From the human T2T-CHM13v2.0 reference genome, Homo sapiens, in NCBI RefSeq assembly GCF_009914755.1, contig NC_060944.1: a stretch of 64,000 bases of DNA. One strand, given 5' to 3'. The notes beneath the pieces are model-generated. The model did not search any database. It was not told where the DNA came from and worked only from the letters and a program-made list of their open reading frames with translations. Position 1 is the first letter of the stretch, and the number at the start of each line of letters is the position of its first letter. The translations under genes and the position numbers were made by a program. This document shows positions 46,271-61,445 of the stretch, one piece after another.

Positions 46271-49200
46271 AAACTACTGATTGCTTTTCTGATGAGCTTC
46301 AACTGGTAGAAGCCACTCGCGTCTACTCACAAGCTTGTTACTGAACCCATTGGGGTCAAAAGCACATGTGTGTTTCTGAACAGAGAGGTGAAGTGAGTGG
46401 GCTCATCTTAAAAGCTTGTTTCCATTGCTTTAGAATCAAGTGCAAATGCTTTAGTAAAGCCTTCTAGCACTTTTCTCAACATTTCTGAGGTTCTCTCCCA
46501 AGCCTCCCTCCCTAACCACATAAGCTTGCCCAAAGCATGCTGGGGGCATGATGCTCTAGACCATTGCTCATAGGTCTCTTCATCTAGAGCTGGCTCCTGT
46601 CTCGCACTCTATTTGCACACCTTTGCTGGGGTGAATCATGTTCTAGAGTGTCCCAATTTGAATGTCAGATCTGGTTACAGATACATTGAGATAATGGTCC
46701 CTGAACCCTGGGCAACTGGGCATGTTCTGGGGTTGCTGGAGTCCTTGTTCTGGTCACTTCCAGCCATATAAACATACTTTTTTCTTTGCTGAGGAACTGA
46801 TCTGTGCTGAGGAATGCCACATCTGGGCTCTGTTGAAGAAGGTCGGCAAACAGAAGAGAGAGATGGGGCATTTCTTCCTCCACTCCCTCCCTGCCTTGGG
46901 GTCACAATTCCAGCAGCAGTTGTACCCTTCCCTTCTGGTGGGCACTTCCCCTGCAGCCCTCTTCCTTAGCTCCTAGTATCTCCTAGGGCAGTAATAGCTC
47001 CAAACTGCTCCAAACTGCTGTTAGTCTTTGGGGGCCTCCCAACCCTTGTTGGTTTACTCTGCCTACATTCTGTCTTGCCACCCCTTGGACAGCATTTCTA
47101 CATTTGAACCATATGGGTGAATTCCATATCCTTCTGGGACCCTGACCCATGAAACTCCTTCGTCCCAAACTATGTCTGAGCTTTGTCCTCCAACTCGCAA
47201 ATGGCCACCAGCAGATTTTCCTACTCAGCTCACACAGCCCAGGTCCCCACTTATTGGATGGAACACAAGATACCCTTTAAATCATTTGAATCACAATGCA
47301 GACTTAAGAGTCCATCAAATTCTTGGGAAGGGGCAATGTGGGATTCTTTCTCCTCCACTTTCCCACCATACTCCCTTTGTGGCAGATCACAGGCATGTGT
47401 ACAGTATAGTGCAGATTCTCCCTTTATCCAGAACACAACCCAGGGGCCTGGGTCTTGTTTTACTTCCCTTAATGTCCATGTGGTTATTGATGCCGCTGTC
47501 TTCCCTGGTAATCTATCAGCTCCACTAGAGGAGAATGGGTATCTCTAGGACTAGTTCAAAATAAGTACTTCTTAAGTGAATGAAGGAAGGAAGGAAGGTA
47601 GGTAGGAAGGAAGGAACAAATGAATGAAATGCAGCTGGCACAAGTTGGGGTCCATCGTTTAGTCACAGAACAAACAAGCATAAGTTGTTCCCACCCTGAT
47701 CCTCAAAAACTTCAAAATGGAGCTGTCCTCCTTTTATGGGCCCTGAAGCAATTCAGAGGCCTCGTTCTCTCTTTGATATACTTCCCTCATTGCCAGGTGA
47801 CAGTCCGGAGGACAACGAGGCATTGAGTGCCTTGCCCCAGCTGGGCAAGCTGCTGAGCAGAGAAGTCAGCATTCCCGACATCCTGCCCGGCTCTCTCTTG
47901 ACTAAACCGCATGGGCTGTTTTTCTTTGCTCTTGCTTGGACCACTGGGCTCTTCTTGACTCAGACACCACTGATCCCTTTCCCGGGATACACACCCACCT
48001 GCTCCCTGGAGCCAAGTTTTGTGAGGCGTGTGGCTTTTTTTTGGAATGCTTGGTCACCTTGGAGCTCCTGCCTCATCCCAGGACAGGAGGATTTGTGTAG
48101 ATAAATTATCACCATGGGAGACCAGTGTGTGTCCCCAAGCCTTCAGTGCAGTTCAGACACAGTGGGTTTCCTGCAACTCACTTTTGCTATGGCGACTTTT
48201 GTTATGCACAGTGAACAGGAAGTAGAAATTTGCAGAATATAAGCCTTCTTCACAGGAAACGTATTTTGGAGCTCACCACACCATACAGGCTGCTGATTTA
48301 ATACAACCAGGATTTGTGCAAATCTCCGAGGAATGGCAAATGCCATTCACCTTCACTTTTTTCACCTTCCTTCTCCTCCTCCTCCTCACCTTCATTTTTC
48401 AATAACCCAATTATTTGCTGGTGCATATAAAAGTAAACAGAAAATGAATAAGCTGTGGACTTTGAAGGATAGTTTTTGAGTTAGAAATCTGAAGGGGGAG
48501 AAAAGGCCACAGAAACAGGGTAAACAGTTAAGGCAAACATTTTAGACCAAAATAGCCAGTAGACAGCAGCTGAGAATGGACCTCACTGCTGGTAAAGAGG
48601 CCCAAGTGGATTAAATTGATCAAAACAGTGCTTGGGAGATAGCAAGGAATTTTATTTTTCATTATTTCTCTTCAAAAAGGCATGATGGAAGATTAGACTT
48701 CTGTAAGAACAAACGTTTGAAACTTTTCTATTGCTACTGTTTCTGTGCTTTGCATTTGATGTTGGTTATGAAACGTGTTTTTCTCAGTATAGATATATAT
48801 GTATATTTTTATACATACACATACATATATATATTTTTTATACATACACATACATATATATATATATATATATATTTTCCTTTTCTTGTTGAACCATGAT
48901 AGTAAAAATGATTAGTGGAGTTGAAATCTGCAGCAATGCACAGAATGCTTTTTCCAGTGTTTAGGATAGCTGAAATATGCAATAATTGATTTTAACATGT
49001 GCTGTAATTGGTTCCATATGCATTGCTGTCAACTATGATGCATCATAATTAAACTGACATGTTCAAAACCTGGCCACTGAAATGAGCACTCCCTGCATTT
49101 TCCAACTGTGCACAGCTTGCTGCTTCTCCACTCCCTAGCTTCTCAATCAGGAACCACATTGCCGGGTTTTATTTTGCTGCTGGTCTCCTCTATGTTTTAT

Positions 49201-50929
49201 CTATTTTTCCCCCTCAGATTTTAAATGACCTCCTGGAGTGGATTCAGGGTCTTTCCCCACCTTCATTTTCAGATGGTCACATTATTTCAGCAGTGATGGA
49301 TCTATATGCAATTTCCTAAGTCATCATAAATCAGATCTAAACTCATGAGAATGGTCAAGAATTTGATATAAAATAAGACACAGGAGCAGATCCATAAAAG
49401 TTCCATATTTTAGTCCCTCCACCCCCAATTGAACCACGCTTGAACTCTAATTAGAAAATTCACTTGGAGGAAGAAAGCATAGTATATGACACATGTTCCC
49501 CTCCAGTTTCCTCTCATATAAATGACAATATTCATATATTTGACCACCTTTCTGCTTATTTCTGTGGTCATCAGAATGTTTATGAGTGTCCAGGATGGTC
49601 TTACCTTGATGGCCTGATTATCTTTCTCTTTTCTTTTGTAAAAGCCATCTGAAATCATTGTAAGGGCATTGAACTAGGATCTGGGGCAGCTCTGTTACTA
49701 TTAATAGAGTTAGTAAAGTTCTCTGGGTGTTAGCTTTCTCCTTGGTAAGATGGAAAGGATAATACTCTTTCTACTGTCATCTCAAGGTTTAGCCCAATAG
49801 AATGAGATACAGGCAAGATTGGATAATGCGGCCTTTGGTTCCTGAATCTCTGTTCTGAATTAGCATGAGTCATGTCTGTGTTTGGACTTTGAGTTACCAT
49901 AATCTGCTGTTTTAATTTCACCAAGAACTGCATCCCCCTCAAATCTCACAGTGTTACACCTTCTCCAATCTGTTAACCACATAAATGGGTCCTGCGATGG
50001 CAAAATATTTAATAACAAAAGTTAGTTTATCATCATCCATAGTTGATCAGACGAATCATCACTGTGAGGCTCCATAAGGCCAATGCTGGGAGAAGGGACA
50101 TAGCAGCCATCTTTCCACTATTTCCACTGGGAACACCAATCTTCCACTCATTTTTGTCATGGTTCACTGGTGGGGATCCCTAATTTCAGTGACCTTTTCC
50201 TTGCTTAGAGCATAGTCCTGTAACGCAGACCTGGTTAATCATGGTGTCTCTTCTGTTTGTCCGTGGAACATAGTCCACGCTGTAGCAGAATGACCAAGCT
50301 GGACCCACAAGGGTTTTCTCATGCACTTTGAAAGCCAAAAGCTATGAGGCAAGATTCCCCCATCTCCTCGGAAATGAGCTATGAAGACATAAGCCTGGTG
50401 ACACTGGACTGCAGGAAGAAAGCCATGCTCTCCACTGTGTAAAGGAAGGAGAGATTGAGCCCCACACATGGGAGGAGTGGAATTGAAAACGCTGATTAAT
50501 GACTTTGGAAACTGTCAGGTGATTTGTAGAAGAAAGAACTTACTCCACTTCCTACTGAGATCTTATTTCCTGATTAAATTCCTTAAGAGGCAAACTTTCT
50601 GGAGCTAAGAAAGTGATTGGGAAAGGAAAGTGGTTCTTTATCTTCCTCCTTCCTCTCATGTTTTATTTTCTGAAAGGGAAGAGTCACTATTTCATAGCCA
50701 AGGATAAGAAGGGATCTTGCTGCTACTTTAATAGGCATTCCAACTGGAGTCCTGAGCCTACTTTTCCTTCTTATTTTGCATCTTTATTCTTATTGGATCG
50801 CCTCTCATTTGGCTATCAGAATATTTCTCTCCACCCCACTCCCTGGTCAACATGATCTTCGAGTCAGAAGACTTGCCCATTACTTTTGAGCAACCTTTGG
50901 ATGGTATGTGGTGCATCTGCAGTGGCTCT

Positions 50930-51103
50930 CAAACCGAGGGTGCATCTGAACCCCCTGGAGAGCCAGTGAAAACACAGATTGCTGGGCCTGACCACCAGCG
51001 GCCCTGATCCAATAGGTCTGGATGGGGTGGAAAGTCTGCATTTCTAAGTCCTGAGGTTGTACTGAGGCTACTGCTCTGTGGAGCGCACTTTGAGAACTAC
51101 TGC
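50930..51103. mobile_element. MER5A
   Basis: CAGTGGCTCTCAAA near 50920; CACTTTGAGAACTACTG end. Confidence 0.8.
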
Positions 51104-52532
51104 TGAGATGAATGCTAGATTAGATTAAATGTGAGACTCAAGTCTTGGCCTTTGGACAATCCCCAAAGCCTCTGTGGGCTTCACTTTACCTATTTATAAA
51201 ATGGATGATTTGACCTAGGTGATCTTAAAATTTTCTTTAAGATGCCTCCAAGTCAATGAACTGATCATGAAGTTCTATTTGGAAGGACTGCACTGTCATG
51301 TCAGCTTTTCTTTTTCCCTTTGAGACAATTATAGCTAAAAAAGACAATATCTAATTTCTGCAGAAATTGTGGAAGTGGTCAGAGATCAGCAATAGAATAG
51401 TGTAAATATTATATGCTATTAATTCTAAGGTCCTGACATAATACTCTGCCATTAAGCTTTTCATCTGGAGGTTGTATATTGTTTTGTAATTATTTGCTAA
51501 TTAATCAGGCACTAGTTCTAGAATTTAGGAAACACCAGCTCAGTAGCTTCTCAACCATGATGAAGAGTAGACAGTATTAGAAAAACACAGTAGTGGGAGA
51601 GTAGAAGATTGGGGGAAGGAAAAGAGAGTCCCTAAGCACAAAGTGTGCTTCTCTACCTCTCCTCCTTCTCCATTCTGTGCTTCCCTGGCAGATCTTCTGG
51701 GCGAGGAGCCAAGAGAAGGTTTGAAAGTTTGTCTGCAGCTAGATAAACATCTTTAGTGGAGAGATGGATTTTGGCGTCACTTAGGAGGTCCCACCTAATT
51801 TTGAAAAGAGAGGGAGAAAAAGGAATATCTGAAGACATCTTCTGGAGTGGAAAGGACCAAAAAATCATTGAGTCTGGCTTTCCTCTATCACCCCAAGTTC
51901 CTGCACAAACCACCTGCATCCCAACAGCAATATAAAATGACTATTTTATGAGTGAGAACAGGAAACTGTGGCTATAACAAGGCTTCTTTCCCCTTTTCTT
52001 TTGAGGAGGAATAAATGATGGATGTAAAGACAAATATGAAACAGTAATTTAGAAAATAATTTCTTTTCATGTAAGAGCCACTTTTTGACAACTTGGTGGT
52101 ATTTAAGAATACTGATCAATGAGGAGTATCATAGAATACTGATGAGTTGATTAGATACGTAAGTATTGGGCATCTAACATACCCTAGCAGTATGTGAGGC
52201 ACAAATTAACCAAACAAAATTATTTCTATGTTTTAGGAGATAACAGTTGAGATAGGAAGAGGACAAGTAAACAGATAATTTTATCAGTTCCAACAGGAGT
52301 GAACACAGGCTACCACAAGAGAGCCTTGCATGTGTGAATATCAGCAAAAACTCCCTGTGGAAAGTAGTGGCCTCGAGCATGAGTAGAGGTTGGGTCAGAT
52401 AGGAAAAAGGTGTTCTTTTCAGACTTAGCATCAGACACAAAGGCTCAAAGAGGTGAGTTCATGAAACTTTGATTGTTGAGTATGACTGGTGGCTAGAATT
52501 GAAGCTGCAAGGGAAAGCATGGGTACCTATTG

Positions 52533-52798
52533 ACTTTATTTTGATCCACTAGTTCAGTACTAGTCCCAGTTCCCAAAGAGTTTGGTTTTTATTGGTGAGA
52601 TGGGGGTGGTTGATCATGGAATTAACTGATGTCTATCTGTAGCTAAGTAACTGGGTGGGTTCAGAGCCCTTCCTCTCATGGACTGCTTAACTTCTCTCCT
52701 CTACACTGTTGCTGTCCTTTTATGATGCTTTTCCTTGCTTCCTAAGCATGGTTTCTCCATTGCATCCATCCTCAACCCCTTCTGTTCCTGGCTTTACT
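52533..52798. repeat. Inverted repeat, left arm (~265 bp)
   Basis: Reverse complement of 54041-54305; ~24 differences by manual alignment. Confidence 0.95.
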
Positions 52799-53042
52799 TT
52801 GAGGCTTGCTCTAGGTATAAATTCATTTTCCAAATAGATACATTATATATGACTAATGTCTATAGGGAAATATGACATTTTAAGGGAGGAGAGAGCAGGA
52901 TTTGCTGCAGGTTGGAGAACTGTTTTTCTAATCGTCTGCCTTTCTAATGTGCTCCCAGATGGTGCTGATGCTGCTGATGCCTGGCTACATTTTGGAGAAC
53001 CTGGAGCCTTCTTTCAAATGATGGTTGATGAAATTATATTAA

Positions 53043-53504
<462 letters not shown>

Positions 53505-54040
53505 TAACTGCAAGAAAAAATCTACATCCTGAAAGGGTTGAACCCATCTTGAAAATGGCAAAATCTCCATCCTGGTGATCACTGGCACCATCACTCCCAG
53601 TATAGCCATCACTCTATGGGATCCTGGGCACTGCTTAGCACTAGGAAGGCGAATGGCTTTAAATTATGATTCCTGTCCTCAAGAGATAAGTCACATTGTT
53701 GAAAACCTGACATCAACGTACAAAGATTCATAATCATAAAAGGTAACTCTTGGTAAGTCATTATAATCTTATTAATTGCTTCTAATGGTAAGTCACATCA
53801 ATGCTGTATTTTTTCAGGTTTCAGAATTTAGCAGGCAATTGAATATGTCACTGTTTGGGTATTACTAATGGGAGTAGTGAAGTTTCCTTTTTACCTGTGG
53901 TTAGCATTTTGCTTTTGGCTCCAGAAATGTCATAGAAACAACCTGACTTGGGCATATTTCTAGAGACTATCAAGTTACATATAAAGTTTAGTATGTTATT
54001 TAGACTAATATTTTATAAATCATGTTCTGGAATTAAGCTG

Positions 54041-54305
54041 AGTAAGGCCAGGAAGAAAGAGGGTTGAGGATGGATGTAATGTAGGAACCATGCCTAGGAA
54101 GCGAGGAAAAGCATCATAAAAGGACAGCAACAATGTAGAGGAGAGAAGTTAAGCAGTCAGTGAGAGGAAGGCCTCTGAACCCACCCAGGTACTTAGCTGT
54201 AGATGGACATCAGTTAATTCGATGACCCACCACCCCATCTCACCAATAAAAACCAAACTCTTTGGGAACTGGGACCAGTACTGAACTAGTGGGTCAAAAT
54301 AAAGT
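54041..54305. repeat. Inverted repeat, right arm (~265 bp)
   Basis: Reverse complement of 52533-52798. Confidence 0.95.
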
Positions 54306-54499
54306 AAAAAAGAAGCCCACTTCAAGAAATACTCCTCTAAATAACTTCAGAGAAAAGGAAATTTTGAGAAACAAGCAATCACACAGACACACCATGTGCT
54401 GTTGTCTTTTCAGCACCAGCTCTGTGTTATGGTACAGTTAGGGAGAGGATGAGGAGGGCTCTTCTCTGAGCACATTTCCAACAGTCTTTTCATGGTATG

Positions 54500-54680
54500 C
54501 AGCAGTTGTTTACAACAACGTTTCTCACTTTAATGTGCACACAAATCATGCAGGATCTTTTGAAATTCACATTCAGACTCAGTGGGACTAGATGGGGCAT
54601 GAGCCTTGCAGAGGTGATGGGCTCACAGGCATGCCAATGGCCTGTGGTCCTTGGATTGCACTCTTAAGTAGCAATGGTTT
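54500..54680. mobile_element. MER5-family element
   Basis: TTTCTCACTTTAATGTGCAC...GACTCAGTGGGACTAGATGGGGC...TGGTCCTTGGATTGCACTCTTAAGTAGCA. Confidence 0.65.
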
Positions 54681-55171
54681 AGAATATGGTGAAAATATGT
54701 TAGAAGGGGCATTGTGAATGTATGGGGGTTCATCTGTTCAAGAAACAACAATGAAAAAAAATGGTGATTAAATGCAACCACACCTAAATAAGGTAGCCAG
54801 GAGGTAGAACCAGCTTCTCCATGAACAGGCCACATACCATCTCCCGGGGCTGCCTCCAGTGTCCAGCCTGGCTGTGCTCAGGCCCTCAGGGCTTGCTGGA
54901 CTCTCCTGGCAGTGTGGGGTCAGGACTCGAGTAGGTTGGATGCTGATAGCAGAGAGTGTGATTCTCCGGCCTGATGACCCAGAATCACTCCCAGGACTGG
55001 AATCCCAGCTCTCCCAGGAGGAAGGAGTCGTCCCTGGTCTCCCGCATCCCCCAAATGCTGATTCTGTGTCTGCATGTGGAGGGGTAACAAACAAACAACA
55101 AAGGACCATCTCAATTAACCTGCCACACAGAGCAGAATCCCATAAAAAGTTCCAACTCTCTTTTTGGATGA

Positions 55172-55477
<306 letters not shown>

Positions 55478-55597
55478 GGATGCCACTTCTTATGATGCTT
55501 AGAATCTGGTCCCCTTTCAGAAAACTGAAGCCTTGAAGTACCTAAAGTTGCTACATTGTTCTCTCTCTCAAAGAGGAAAGCAAAGGGAAGGTCTAGG

Positions 55598-55762
55598 CCA
55601 GCACTTTCCAAAATTCAATGTGCGTAGGAACCACCTGCGGAGTTGTTAATACTCAGATTGAGATTTGGTAGTTCTGCGTGGGGTGGGGCCCAAGAGTCTG
55701 CCAGGTGCTCCTAGCTGGTGCTGATGCTGCTGGTGCCTGGCTACATTGTGAGTAGCAAGGGC
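55598..55762. mobile_element. MER5A
   Basis: GGTGCTGATGCTGCTGGT...GAGTAGCAAGG. Confidence 0.75.
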
Positions 55763-56529
55763 AAGCAAACTAAGTGACCCTCTTTGGTGATCTGCAGAGT
55801 CGAGGATGATGCATCTTTCAGGCCTGAGTCAGACTGTCTGAACTCCAGGGGCCCAGGAGCTGCACAGCTGTGTAAGATTAGAAATCTCAGCGCTGAGCAG
55901 GATGGGGCTGGGGCCAGTTAATGGCATCATTTCATTGTAGTAACTACAGCAGGCCAGAGCCAATTGCTGTTTAGTCAGCTTTCCCGTGTTTGTTGATTTT
56001 GGTATTACTGATTTATTAAAGGAAGAGGAACTGTGTTGGATATCAGAAAAGTGTTAGAAAGAGGAAAGTAGAGTAAATCCAAACCTCTCTCTCTACACTC
56101 TCCAAACCTGTCCCCCACACCCACCCCACCCCCTTGTTGCCAAGTTGTAAGATCTTGGGCTGACTTCCAAGTTCCCAAAATTCAAGTGTGGAAAAAGCCA
56201 ACTAATCTCCTGGAAAAATCTCCTGATGTGTATTTTTCTTTAACAATCTGGGCTGATTTTAAACTTAGCCCACAGTAAACTGTGCTCAACCGGCATTATC
56301 ATTATGGACACTTGCTGCTGTATTTTCCAAGGATCTCCCCTCCCCCGCTGGTATTGCTACCAGATACAGAATGGAATTTGTCAGGACAAGCCATGTATTA
56401 CTACTAAACCATTAATTCAGTTAGTGCATTAGGAGTGGGAAGACTGATTCTTTGCATTATATTTTGGCTGTCAGGCCTGATTTGAGTTTATTTCTCATTG
56501 AGTATTCCATATCAAAGGCTGGGATAATA

Positions 56530-56620
56530 GAATTACAGGACATTAGGACTTTCAATCTGGAAGAGACCCTGGAGATCATTTAGTGCTGCCTGCTCACTTT
56601 ACAGATGAGGAAACTATATT
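56530..56620 (-). mobile_element. MIR/MIR3 fragment
   Basis: CTGGAAGAGACCCTGGAGATCATTTAGT...TTTACAGATGAGGAAACT. Confidence 0.75.
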
Positions 56621-57509
56621 TTTCAGTCTTAAGAGCTTGAGCAAGTACTCGGCTTTTGATATGCACATGTAGTTGCCATTCCCATGTATGGGAGTTGTGT
56701 GCGTGCTTGAAGGGAGTCAATAATGAACTTTCCTATTTAGTTTTCCTTGATCTTGGCTTTAGCTTCATCAAAGTCTGTCATACACACCCTCTGGACAGCA
56801 TACATTTTGCAATAATATGTTGTCTTGGTTCCTGATAATAGTGGAAAAGAAATGTGATGTTTTTACTTAAAAGACACTTTATACAATTTAATAGCAACTG
56901 CATCTCTGGCATCTATAACAGATGTTATCCAGTGCAGGCAACTTTTTCTAAGTAATCTAGCTGAATTTTAGCTGCTGAAATTTTCTGTATCATTTGGTGA
57001 TCATATTTCATTTCAGACTTTTGAACACGACAGATTGTCCACCTGGATCTCATTTTGCCACATTTTATTGATGGCCTGACTCAGATCTTTCAAGTTCTCA
57101 CTAACTGACCTTGAAGGAGTAGCTTGTTTTTTAAATTTTATGACACAGAGATGTAAACTGCCTGCAAATTATGCAACTCAGTGGTGATGAACAAAGAGAA
57201 CTTTTTATTACTATTTATTACCTACAGTTAAGGAATTAGCAAGAGCTGTTACTTTGCACCCATTCCTGGGACAAAATCCCGAATTAACTTTATATCAAGC
57301 ACATGTGTAACAAGTGAGAACTACATTTTTTGTTTGCAAATCTAAGCTCATTGTAGTGCTATTGCACTTATGCCTTCTTGTGGCTGCCCTGATTCCATAA
57401 ATAATGACAGGCTTCTCTCTCCTGGCCTTGTTATTCTGAGTCGGATGGCCCATTGCCTGAGGATCTGAATGACATTGGATGGAAACTAAAGAGAGAAGAC
57501 GAATAAAAA

Positions 57510-57933
57510 ATACTACCCATCACCCTAGTCTGGCCATGAGAAAAACATCTAACAAATTCAAACTGAAGGACATTTATTCTACGAAATTCTTGGCCAGTGC
57601 TCCTCAAGGCTGTCCAGATTATGAAAAACAAGAGGAGTGTCAAATGGCCAGGGTCTCCCAGAGGCTCAGGATATAAGATGACTAAATGTGATGGGGGACC
57701 CTGCGTGGGATCCTAGGACAGAGTGAAGACACTTGAGGCAGTCTTCATGAAGTGTGGACTTTAGTTAATAATGATGTGTCCATATTAGTTCATTGATTGA
57801 GTCACTTGTGCCACACTAACATAAGCTGTGAACAATAGACGAAACTGGGTGCAGGGTATAGGTGAATTCTGTGCTATGTTTGCAACTTTTCTATAAATCT
57901 AAAATTATTCTAAATTCAAACGTTTACTAAAAA
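57510..57933 (+). mobile_element. L1MC/L1MD 3' end
   Basis: CATGAGAAAAACATC..ACAAATTCAAACTGAAGGACATT...TTTGCAACTTTTCTATAAATCTAAAATTATTCTAAA. Confidence 0.8.
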
Positions 57934-57959
57934 TAATGCTTATGCCCACTCAGCCTCTG

Positions 57960-58190
57960 CTGACACCAAGCAAGCATCTGTGATAGGTCAAGTTTCAGCT
58001 CCATTATTTCATTAAATCTTCAGAACAACTTTATGAGGTATTTATTATTATTCCCATTTTATCACTTTGAAAACAGAGAAACTGAAGTTCAGGGAGAATA
58101 ATCTTTTCTACGTTGATTGAGTTCCCTTGGCTTAAAAATGGCAGAGTTATGATTTTAACCCTCATTTATCTGACTCTAAAGCACACACTT
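57960..58190 (-). mobile_element. MIR
   Basis: AACAACTTTATGAGGTATTTATTATTATTCCCATTTT. Confidence 0.7.
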
Positions 58191-58821
58191 ATTTCAGTTC
58201 CCCATTTGGTTCTCAGAATCCTGTTCTCAAGAGATGGGGCAGAGGATGGGGAAATGGGATGGAAATGGTGGGAACGGCCTGTGTGTAGTTCAGCAGGACT
58301 GTGTCTGGTTTTCTGAGCCATTGAAGTTTCCCAAGGAGGATCACGCAGCCTCTATTTTCCCTAAAGGCTAAGGTCCAGGCTAGCTTTAGGTGAGTTTTCC
58401 CATTTCCTTGGATTTCATTGAACAAACATTAAAAAAGAAATTCCCCCTACAGTGGCCATGGGTGCAGTGTCTGCCATGCAGAGGAGAAGCCGCTGGTTGT
58501 AGCAGCAACACTCCAGCTTACCTGGAGCAAAGTAAGTATGGTCATGCTGCATCCTTTTCCAGAATCCCTACCACTGTCTGTGCATCTGGGTCACTGGCGA
58601 ACCTAAGGACGTCCAGAGCCCTAGTTTCTTAAGATTCTGACTCAGTAGATGAGAGGAGAGCCCAGAAATCTGCATTCAAAATTATTTATTGATGATTTGG
58701 CCATGAATCTGTATTCTAATTCTGAATCTCAGAGAATCAACTCTTGTTCTCACCTGAAGAAAATGTAAAACCACCCTCAACATGGTTGTCTCTTGAGTAG
58801 GTAGCATTAATAGACTGTCTA

Positions 58822-59030
58822 GGCCAGAAGTCCACAAACTATACCTCTGGTTAAATGGCCCACAGCCCCACCAGCCTGTTTTGTAAATAAAATTTGATTG
58901 AACAGAGACATGCTCTTCGTTTATTTGTTGTCTATGGTTGCTTTTTGCTACTATGGCACAGTTGAGACTGTATGGCCCTGAAAGTTTAAAACAATAATCT
59001 GACCCTTTACAGAAAAAAGTTTTCCAACCC
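58822..59030. mobile_element. MER58A
   Basis: CAAACTATA...CCTGTTTTGTAAATAAAATTT...CCCTTTACAGAAAAAAGTTTTCCAACCC. Confidence 0.85.
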
Positions 59031-59094
59031 ATGGTGTAAAAGACAGAAAGGGTCTGGAATAACAATTAGTCGCAGTTAAAGGGAAAGGGAGTCT

Positions 59095-59235
59095 AGTTGC
59101 TCTCAAGCTTCAGTGTACCCAATAATCTCCTGTGATACTTATTTAAAAATGCCATCCCTTGAGATTCTGATTTAGTAGCCTGGGCTGAGGCTAAGAAATA
59201 TGCATTTTTAGCAAGGTTTTGAGACACATGGTCCT
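59095..59235. mobile_element. MER5B-like fragment
   Basis: GAGATTCTGATTTAGTAGCCTGGGCTGAGGCTAAGAAATATGCATTTTT. Confidence 0.7.
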
Positions 59236-59366
59236 ACTCACCAAGAATACGGACCCTGACAATAGCTTGACCTGGGTCCATAATCCTCTCTAGAGGTCTG
59301 TGTATGTTTAGTTATTACTGTGTATTATATTTGGACAAAGATTTAAAAAATAAAACTAAATATCAC

Positions 59367-59765
59367 TTTTGTGAACTAAATCATGCCCCCCCCAACAAAT
59401 TCATATATTGGAGCACTAACCCCCATATGACTGCATTCACAGAGAGAGTCTTTAAAGAGGTAATTAAAGTTAAATGAAGTCATAAGTGTAGGGCTCTAAT
59501 CTGATTGGACTGGTGTTCTTATAAGTAGAGAAAGAGACACTAGAGATCTCTCTTTCTTCTCTGCAGGTGCATAAAGGAAAGGCCATGTGAGGACACAGCA
59601 AGAAGGCGGCCCTCTGCAACCTGACCAGCAAGATCTCACCAGAAACCACCCCTGCTTGCACTGTGATCTTGGAATTCTAGCCTCTAGAACTGTGAAACAA
59701 TAAACTGTTGTTTAAGCCACTTGGCCTGTGGTATTTTGTTACAGCAGCCTGAACTGACTAATACA
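59367..59765 (+). mobile_element. MLT1A/MLT1A0 solo LTR
   Basis: ...GAACTGACTAATACA end; 5-bp TSD ATCAC at 59362-59366 and 59766-59770. Confidence 0.9.
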
Positions 59766-59934
59766 ATCACTAAATTATCAAAAAGTGGAATTAAAAGTGT
59801 TATATCTGTTTCACTCAAGATATGAGTAGGAAACAGAGAAGAGTTAGACAAAAAAAAAACAAAAAACAGATAAACAGAAATTTAGTAAATATTTGCTGAG
59901 TAATGAATTTAGACATTTTGCTTTTTGATATGCT

Positions 59935-61445
59935 TTCAAGAACTTCAATGAGGTATAACTGACATTCAATAAACCACAATTATTAAAATGTACAATTTGA
60001 TGTGCTTTGCCATATGAAACCATCATCAAAAATCAAGATCATAAACACAACTATCACCTTCCAAATCTCCTTGGATACCTATAATTCCTCCGTCTGCCCC
60101 TTCCTAATCTGCCCCCTGCCATCCTACAAGAGGAAACCTCTGATCTGTTTTCTGGCACTATAGATCTGTAGGTTAATGATAATTTTCTAGAATTTTATAT
60201 AAATAGAATCATATGGGATGTAATCTTTTTTTGATTTTTTTCCACTCACCATCATTATTCTGAGATTCATCCATGTTGTTGCTTATATCAGTGTTTTATT
60301 CCTTTTGATTACTGAGTGATATTCTGTTGTGTATACTGTCATTCGTTTATTCATTTATATGTTGATGGACTTTTGGCTTGTTTCCAGTTTTAGGCTATTA
60401 CCAAATAAAGTGCAAATCTTTCTATGGATAGTTTCATTTTTATTGGATCAACTAGGAGGTGTATATTTAACTGTTAAACTGCCAATTTTTTTCCAAAGTG
60501 GCTGTACCATTTCACCTCCTGCCAGCAGTGCATGAGAGTCCTAGTTCCTCCAAATCCTAGCCAACACCTGACGGTCATTTTAATCTGAGCCATTGAAACA
60601 GGAGTGTAGTGGTATATCATTGTGGTTTTAATCTGCATTTCCCTAGTGACTAACAATGTTGATTATCTTTTCATGTGCTTATTTATCATTCATATATCTT
60701 CTCTGGTGAAGTGTCTGTTTTGCCTATTAAAATATTTTTTAAAGTTATTGAGTTTTGGGGGCTCTGTATTCAGAATGTAAGTCCTTTATTAGACTTATGC
60801 TTTGCAAATATACCTTTCCAGGCTGTAACTTGCCTTTTCATTCTTTTATGAATGAAACAATGTTGGTCCAAAAACAAAGGTTTCTAATTTGTGGAAATAC
60901 AGTTTACCAATTTGTTCTTAATGGACCATGACTTTGCTGTCATAGCAAAGAAGGTTTTGCCTAACTCAAGGCCACAAAGATTTTGTCCTGTTTCCTTCTA
61001 CAAGTTTTATAGTCTTAGATTTTACATTTCATTCTACAATCCATTTGAGTTAATTTTTGTATATGGTACAAGGTGTGGATTGAAGTTCATTTTTTGTATA
61101 TGAATATCTAATTGTTCCAGCATTAGTTGTTGAAAAGACTACCCTTTCCCCCATGGAATTACTTATGCACCTTTGTAGAAAATCAGTTATTTACATAAAT
61201 GTGGGTCTATTTCTGTATTCTCTATTTTTTCCCATTGATTTATTTGTCTGTGTTTTGTACCAATCACACCTGTCTTGATTACAGTAGCTTTATAATAAGT
61301 CTTAAGATTAGTGAGTTTTGGTCTTTCAACTATTTTCTTCCTTCCAAAAAAAGTTATTTTGGCTATTCTAGGTCCCTTGCACTTCCATATTAATTTTAGA
61401 ATCAGTTTGTCAATTTCCAAAATAAAAATGCTGGGATTTTGATGT
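59935..61445 (-). mobile_element. Old L1M (MC/MD/ME-type) 3' region
   Basis: ORF2 remnants at 60474-60656 and 61187-61537. Confidence 0.85.
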
